Below are positions 60,143 through 64,000 of a DNA stretch of 64,000 bases, piece by piece; position 1 is the first letter of the stretch, and each line of letters starts with the position of its first letter. The stretch lies in NCBI GenBank assembly GCA_050011875.1, contig JBEKIG010000009.1, forward strand, positions 24,772-88,771, in the 5' to 3' direction. The stretch is from Nitrososphaeria archaeon. GTDB lineage: Archaea; Thermoproteota; Nitrososphaeria; JACIWG01. Below the pieces are notes generated by a model. The model worked only from the letters and a program-made list of their open reading frames with translations. It was not told the origin of the DNA and did no database searches. Made by a program: the position numbers and the translations under genes.

Positions 60143-61108
60143 CTAGCTTATAGGCGACTCCGTAAGTATTGCTTTTGATGTAAATTCCTTTTCCCCTCTA
60201 ATAATTCTCAGGGACACCTCATCACCTGTCTTCCTCTTCCAAAGCTGCCCTAATAGGTCACTTAGATTATTAACCCTGTCTTTATTAACCTGCACTATAA
60301 CATCACCTTGACGCAGGCTCGAGTAGTGCGCTGGACTGCCATTGACAACTGAAACGACGAGAACTCCGAAGTCGACTGCAAGATTGTAATATTCCGCGAT
60401 ACCTTCGTTAAGATCTATGCCGTTTATTCCCAGCCACGGTCTTACGACCCTGCCGTACCTTATGATTTCTTCCGCCACCCTCTTAACCGAATTGCTGGTT
60501 ATGGCGAAACCTATACCCTGAGCGAAAGGAATTATCGCGGTACTCATCGCGACAACCTGACCGTTTAGGTTAATTAAAGGGCCACCACTGTTTCCGGGGT
60601 TGATCGCCGCATCGGTCTGAATCAAATCCTCAATAACCGGCCCTCCCTGCGTTTGGATCTTCCTCTTGAGAGCACTGATGACGCCGGCTGTAACTGTTGG
60701 ACCGCCAGCTAAGCCAAACGGGTTTCCAAGGGCAAGAACGAACTGTCCTACCTTCAGATTATCGGAGTCGAAGAATTCGGCGGAGGTCAGCCCAGTCTTG
60801 CGAATCCTTACAACTGCTACATCCGTCAGCGAATCGCTTCCGACAATCATCCCTTCGTATAACTTGTTATCGGATAAGGTTATGGAAATCTTCCTTGCAT
60901 CAGATACGACATGATTGTTGGTAACTATGAAACCGTCGGACCCGTATATAATACCTGATCCTAGACCTGCAACAGGCATGCTATGGAACAGGAAGTCTGA
61001 AATAAGGGTTACCGTGTTTACACTAACTACGAATTCGCTTGCCTTTTCAACGGCTTTTATAACCTTATCTTCGTCTACGGGGATCATTAAAATCACCCTT
61101 TTGGGCAT
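60143..61108 (-). CDS. HtrA/DegP-like serine protease with PDZ domain
   Basis: GSG, TNNHVV, DVAV, IQTDAAINPGNSGGPL, PWLG plus PDZ; no signal peptide. Confidence 0.95.
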   Translation of the reverse strand: MPKRVILMIPVDEDKVIKAVEKASEFVVSVNTVTLISDFLFHSMPVAGLGSGIIYGSDGFIVTNNHVVSDARKISITLSDNKLYEGMIVGSDSLTDVAVVRIRKTGLTSAEFFDSDNLKVGQFVLALGNPFGLAGGPTVTAGVISALKRKIQTQGGPVIEDLIQTDAAINPGNSGGPLINLNGQVVAMSTAIIPFAQGIGFAITSNSVKRVAEEIIRYGRVVRPWLGINGIDLNEGIAEYYNLAVDFGVLVVSVVNGSPAHYSSLRQGDVIVQVNKDRVNNLSDLLGQLWKRKTGDEVSLRIIRGEKEFTSKAILTESPIS

Positions 61109-61199
61109 ATTAGTGTTTAAAAAACTTTTTTAAAACATGCCTATTACAAACATTAAAGCGTCAAAAATTTAATATATGTGACCCCTGCCAAGATGACTG

Positions 61200-61382
61200 G
61201 TGGAATATATGAGTATGAAATGTCCAGCTTGTGGTTCAACAGATATAACGTTAAACCAGCAGCTTAATCTAAAAGACGCAAAGGTCAGGAAAATCTATCT
61301 AAGCGGTAATTGTACCAAGTGTAAGAGCCAAGTTACAATAGAGTATACACCCACTACCATCCGCCAACAGCTTGCGGAATAA
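61200..61382 (+). CDS. Small zinc-ribbon protein
   Basis: CPACG ... CTKC; TATA TTTAATAT near 61168. Confidence 0.65.
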   Translation: MEYMSMKCPACGSTDITLNQQLNLKDAKVRKIYLSGNCTKCKSQVTIEYTPTTIRQQLAE

Positions 61383-61977
61383 AGTGGGACAAGGGATTTT
61401 GTTCAAACGCATAGGATTAACAGGTTCACCTGGTACGGGCAAGAAAACCCTTGCAAGAGGGTTTGCCTTGAATGCGGGATACAGGATTTTGAACATCAAC
61501 TCGCTCTGTATTTCAAAAGGCGGATCAATCGGCAGGGACAAATATGGAATAGTTGTTGACACAGAAAAACTTTCCAAGATCATAGCTGAAGAGATTAAAA
61601 ATGATAATTTCATTTTAGTGGGCCATCTTCTCCCATACGTTATAGTCTCTAAAGATATAGAATTAGCAATAGTTCTAAGATGTAACCCATATATGCTAGA
61701 AAAGAGACTTGAAAAAAGAGGATACCCTCATAAGAAGGTTCTAATGAATATTGGAGCTGAGACTCTTGGAACATGCTATTTTGATGCGTTAAAAGAATTC
61801 GGCTGTGGTAAGATACATGTGATAGACACTTCATCAAAGAAGCCCGAAGAAGTTGTCAGAGAATCCTTGAAAATTCTAGAAGGAAATGCACGATATGATG
61901 GCTCAGATATTGACTGGTTAAGCCTTGTTAGGAAAAAAGGCGACCTGCGAAGGATCTTTCCTGATTCCTACTATTGA
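61372..61977 (+). CDS. AK6/Fap7-type adenylate kinase
   Basis: TGSPGTGKKT, LVGH, VLRC.P..L..RL..RGY...KV..N..AE, IDT. Confidence 0.9.
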   Translation: MRNKVGQGILFKRIGLTGSPGTGKKTLARGFALNAGYRILNINSLCISKGGSIGRDKYGIVVDTEKLSKIIAEEIKNDNFILVGHLLPYVIVSKDIELAIVLRCNPYMLEKRLEKRGYPHKKVLMNIGAETLGTCYFDALKEFGCGKIHVIDTSSKKPEEVVRESLKILEGNARYDGSDIDWLSLVRKKGDLRRIFPDSYY

Positions 61978-62052
61978 TTTCTACTATGAATAATAAATGG
62001 ATAGAACCTAAACCCGAATAATATATTGGAGTCCCTATATTAAAATTCTAAT

Positions 62053-62069
62053 TGCGGCGTCCGGGATTT
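62053..62069 (-). mobile_element. tRNA 3'-end fragment (Gly-like), candidate att site
   Basis: Reverse complement AAATCCCGGACGCCGCA = 3' T-loop, T-stem, acceptor strand and discriminator A, with no 5' half. Confidence 0.6.
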
Positions 62070-62289
62070 ATCTCCGAACGGATGTACAACTGATGAAATA
62101 TCTTAAGACCTAATTTGGTTTAAGTTCTATTTTAAGGCTCACTTTTTTCAACAGCTTTTGTGATGGCAATCTTCTAATAACTAAATTGTCGGGTGTGACG
62201 TTATGGAGTTATCAACTTCTAATATACATTAAATCTCTATTTAACTGGTGGATAAGGGTTCCTTTATATAGTAGTACAACTACTTATAC

Positions 62290-62556
62290 TCAATAGCAAT
62301 GCGTCTTAGTAGATTTATTACTAACATGGAAGGATATCTGATTAAGAGCAAAGGCTATCAGAGTCGACTTAAATATTTTAGAAACATCTAACGAATCATG
62401 TTTGTGGTCCACTATAGTCATGTGAATTTTTTTGTAGCTCTTCCAGAATCCTCCTCGAGCACATAATTGCAACAACCTTATAGCTACAACCTTCTTACCT
62501 GTCTTCGCATCAAGTGCGTAGATGTATGAATCAGTTGAGCCAAAACATACTATATC
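62290..62556 (-). pseudogene. PQQ-like beta-propeller repeat remnant
   Basis: Open frame begins DIVCFGSTDSYIYALDAKTGKK (62556-62491), a single PQQ-type repeat with no start codon upstream. Confidence 0.5.
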
Positions 62557-62717
62557 TCAAAAATTTCTTCCTGAGATAAGCAGTTCAAAGAATAAGGTTA
62601 GTCGATAAGGGGGAAAAAAGTATCATTTAGATTTATGAAATTGTATTTTTAATTTTTAGATATTTAGAAAGGTTTAAAACCGTCCGATCATTCAATCAGA
62701 TTTAAAATGGTGACCGT

Positions 62718-63125
62718 TTGAAAAGGACAATTGCATTAGTGGCACATGACAATAAAAAAAATGATTTAGTGGAGTGGGTTGAATTTAACAAAGAGACATT
62801 AGCCCCCCATAATTTATATGCAACTGGACAAACCGGAAGAAAGATAATCGAGAAAACAGGATTAGAAATCAATCTCCTCAAGGATGGCTCTAGAGGAGGA
62901 GACATGGAAATTGGGGCTCTAATAGCAAACGAGAAATTAGATTACTTGATTTTCTTTTGGGATCCTTTAGAATCTCTTCCCCATGATGTGGACGTTAAAG
63001 CACTTCTTAGGATAGCTGTTCTATATAATATACCCACAGCCTGTAATAGGGCAACCGCTGATTTGATAATTTCAAGCCCACTATTTGAGAGCGAAGAATA
63101 TACGCCAAAAAAGGCGACAGAATAA
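62718..63125 (+). CDS. mgsA: Methylglyoxal synthase
   Basis: IALVAHD.KK, ATG.TG, GGD..IG, IFFWDPL...PHDVDVKALLRIA, IPTACNRATAD. Confidence 0.95.
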   Translation: MKRTIALVAHDNKKNDLVEWVEFNKETLAPHNLYATGQTGRKIIEKTGLEINLLKDGSRGGDMEIGALIANEKLDYLIFFWDPLESLPHDVDVKALLRIAVLYNIPTACNRATADLIISSPLFESEEYTPKKATE

Positions 63126-63247
63126 AAATTAATTTAACGATCCCAAGTCTTTTAGTTTTAATCCTAGAGTGCCCTTCAATATTCTCATGTTCCTATCTTT
63201 GATCATATAAACCCTTATTTCTATAAATACATTCCTTTTCTGAAGTC

Positions 63248-63698
63248 TCAAAGCGCACGTCTACGCATTCTGAGCATGTAATAAAGTAGCACTATCGATA
63301 TTACCAACCAAATAATGAGGAAGATGGATGATATCACTCTGAGTTCCCGACTCTGAACAAAGAGATTTATCAGCAAAAGAGTTACGAAAATAATGATTAC
63401 AATCATCTGAACTACTCTAAATGTCACCATTTTCTTTCTAAAACTCTGCGACCCCTCTCTTCCAGAGCGCCATTCTTCTACCTGTTTCAACCTTTCTTCC
63501 GAAAGATAATACTTACCGTTCACTTCAACAAAAATGCCTGAACGCCCAAGACGCCTCTTCATCGCCTCGCTGAAACCCGGCGGAAGACCCCAGCTCCTCC
63601 ATATTCATTGCCTTGTCCGGACTGACAGCTCCTTTCTCACGGAACTTCTCAACAACTCCAGAAAGCCACTTCCTGATCTCTTCGCGTTTCTTAGACAT
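63248..63698 (-). pseudogene. Frameshifted membrane protein (wHTH-like N-terminus plus 2 TM)
   Basis: MSKKREEIRKWLSGVVEKFREKGAVSPDKAMNMEELG joins LPPGFSEAMKRRLGRSG... if one base is removed from the C4 run at 63588-63591. Confidence 0.7.
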
Positions 63699-63845
63699 CC
63701 TATCTCATCCATTACATATACAGCTAAACAAGACTTATACTTTCAATCTTACAAAAGAATAAGGGGCTTAGCTGCTGACTTCTATGTTGAACGGTAGGAC
63801 TGAGCACACGTTGGCATAATGTGACGTTTACGCTTTGAACGTAGA

Positions 63846-63997
63846 TTCACAAAAAATGAAGTCTTTAGCGAGACAATATCATTTCCACTAAAAGTGTAGG
63901 TGCTCCATTTGGATGAGCAACTCCACTAAAAATGTAGACGTTGCTGTTGCGCAACCAACTACACTAAAAGTGGAAAAGGCTTAAATCGCCTTGAATG
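63846..63997. repeat. Four 16-bp semi-palindromic repeats at exact 38-bp period with unique hairpin spacers
   Basis: TTCACAAAAAATGAAG (63846), TCCACTAAAAGTGTAG (63884), TCCACTAAAAATGTAG (63922), TACACTAAAAGTGGAA (63960). Confidence 0.75.
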
Positions 63998-64000
63998 ATA

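Noticed and set aside
1254-61837. Numerous antisense or alternate-frame ORFs in the track (e.g. 1254-1628, 6019-6387, 42005-42460, 50157-50582, 59019-59462)
   Set aside because: Shadow ORFs of well-supported genes, with Ser/Phe/Pro-rich antisense composition
63881-63978. Chromosomal origin ORB boxes
   Set aside because: TTCCACT resembles the start of an ORB, but the GAAA core and G-string are absent and no cdc6/orc1 is visible. It cannot be fully excluded without downstream sequence.
63846-63997. CRISPR or TIGR array interpretation of the 38-bp repeats
   Set aside because: Repeat (16 nt) and spacer (22 nt) are too short for CRISPR and there are no cas genes. No second internal repeat or box C/D-like motifs as in TIGR arrays. 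The only Nop-domain gene is the housekeeping nop5 beside fibrillarin.

Overview
Compact archaeal chromosome segment from the TACK group. It combines crenarchaeal-type PolB1, S26e/S30e and TFE-beta/RPC34 with a histone and an smc-scpA-scpB operon. That gene set and order are most consistent with a deep-branching Nitrososphaerota (Thaumarchaeota-like) lineage (inference). About 1-43.8 kb and 55.3-62 kb are mostly housekeeping genes for translation, tRNA/rRNA modification, transcription, replication/repair and pyrimidine/SAM metabolism. Accessory DNA lies at about 43.9-55.2 kb, largely between inward-facing tRNA-Arg(CCG) and tRNA-Glu(CTC), and includes a decaying ABC/S-layer-like operon closed by a degenerate tRNA-Arg 3' duplication. 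More accessory DNA runs from about 62.05 kb to the window end, starting at a tRNA-Gly-like 3'-end fragment. Best candidates for undescribed biology: (1) an array of 16-bp semi-palindromic repeats at an exact 38-bp period whose unique spacers each form a hairpin (63824-63997, probably cut by the window edge); (2) a stand-alone NurA/HerA-like pair sharing a palindrome-marked divergent promoter with a triad of winged-helix proteins carrying a common N-terminal module (12.9-17 kb); (3) an unannotated 36-aa peptide with 24 acidic residues (58644-58754). All calls come from motif recognition only; no database searches were run.
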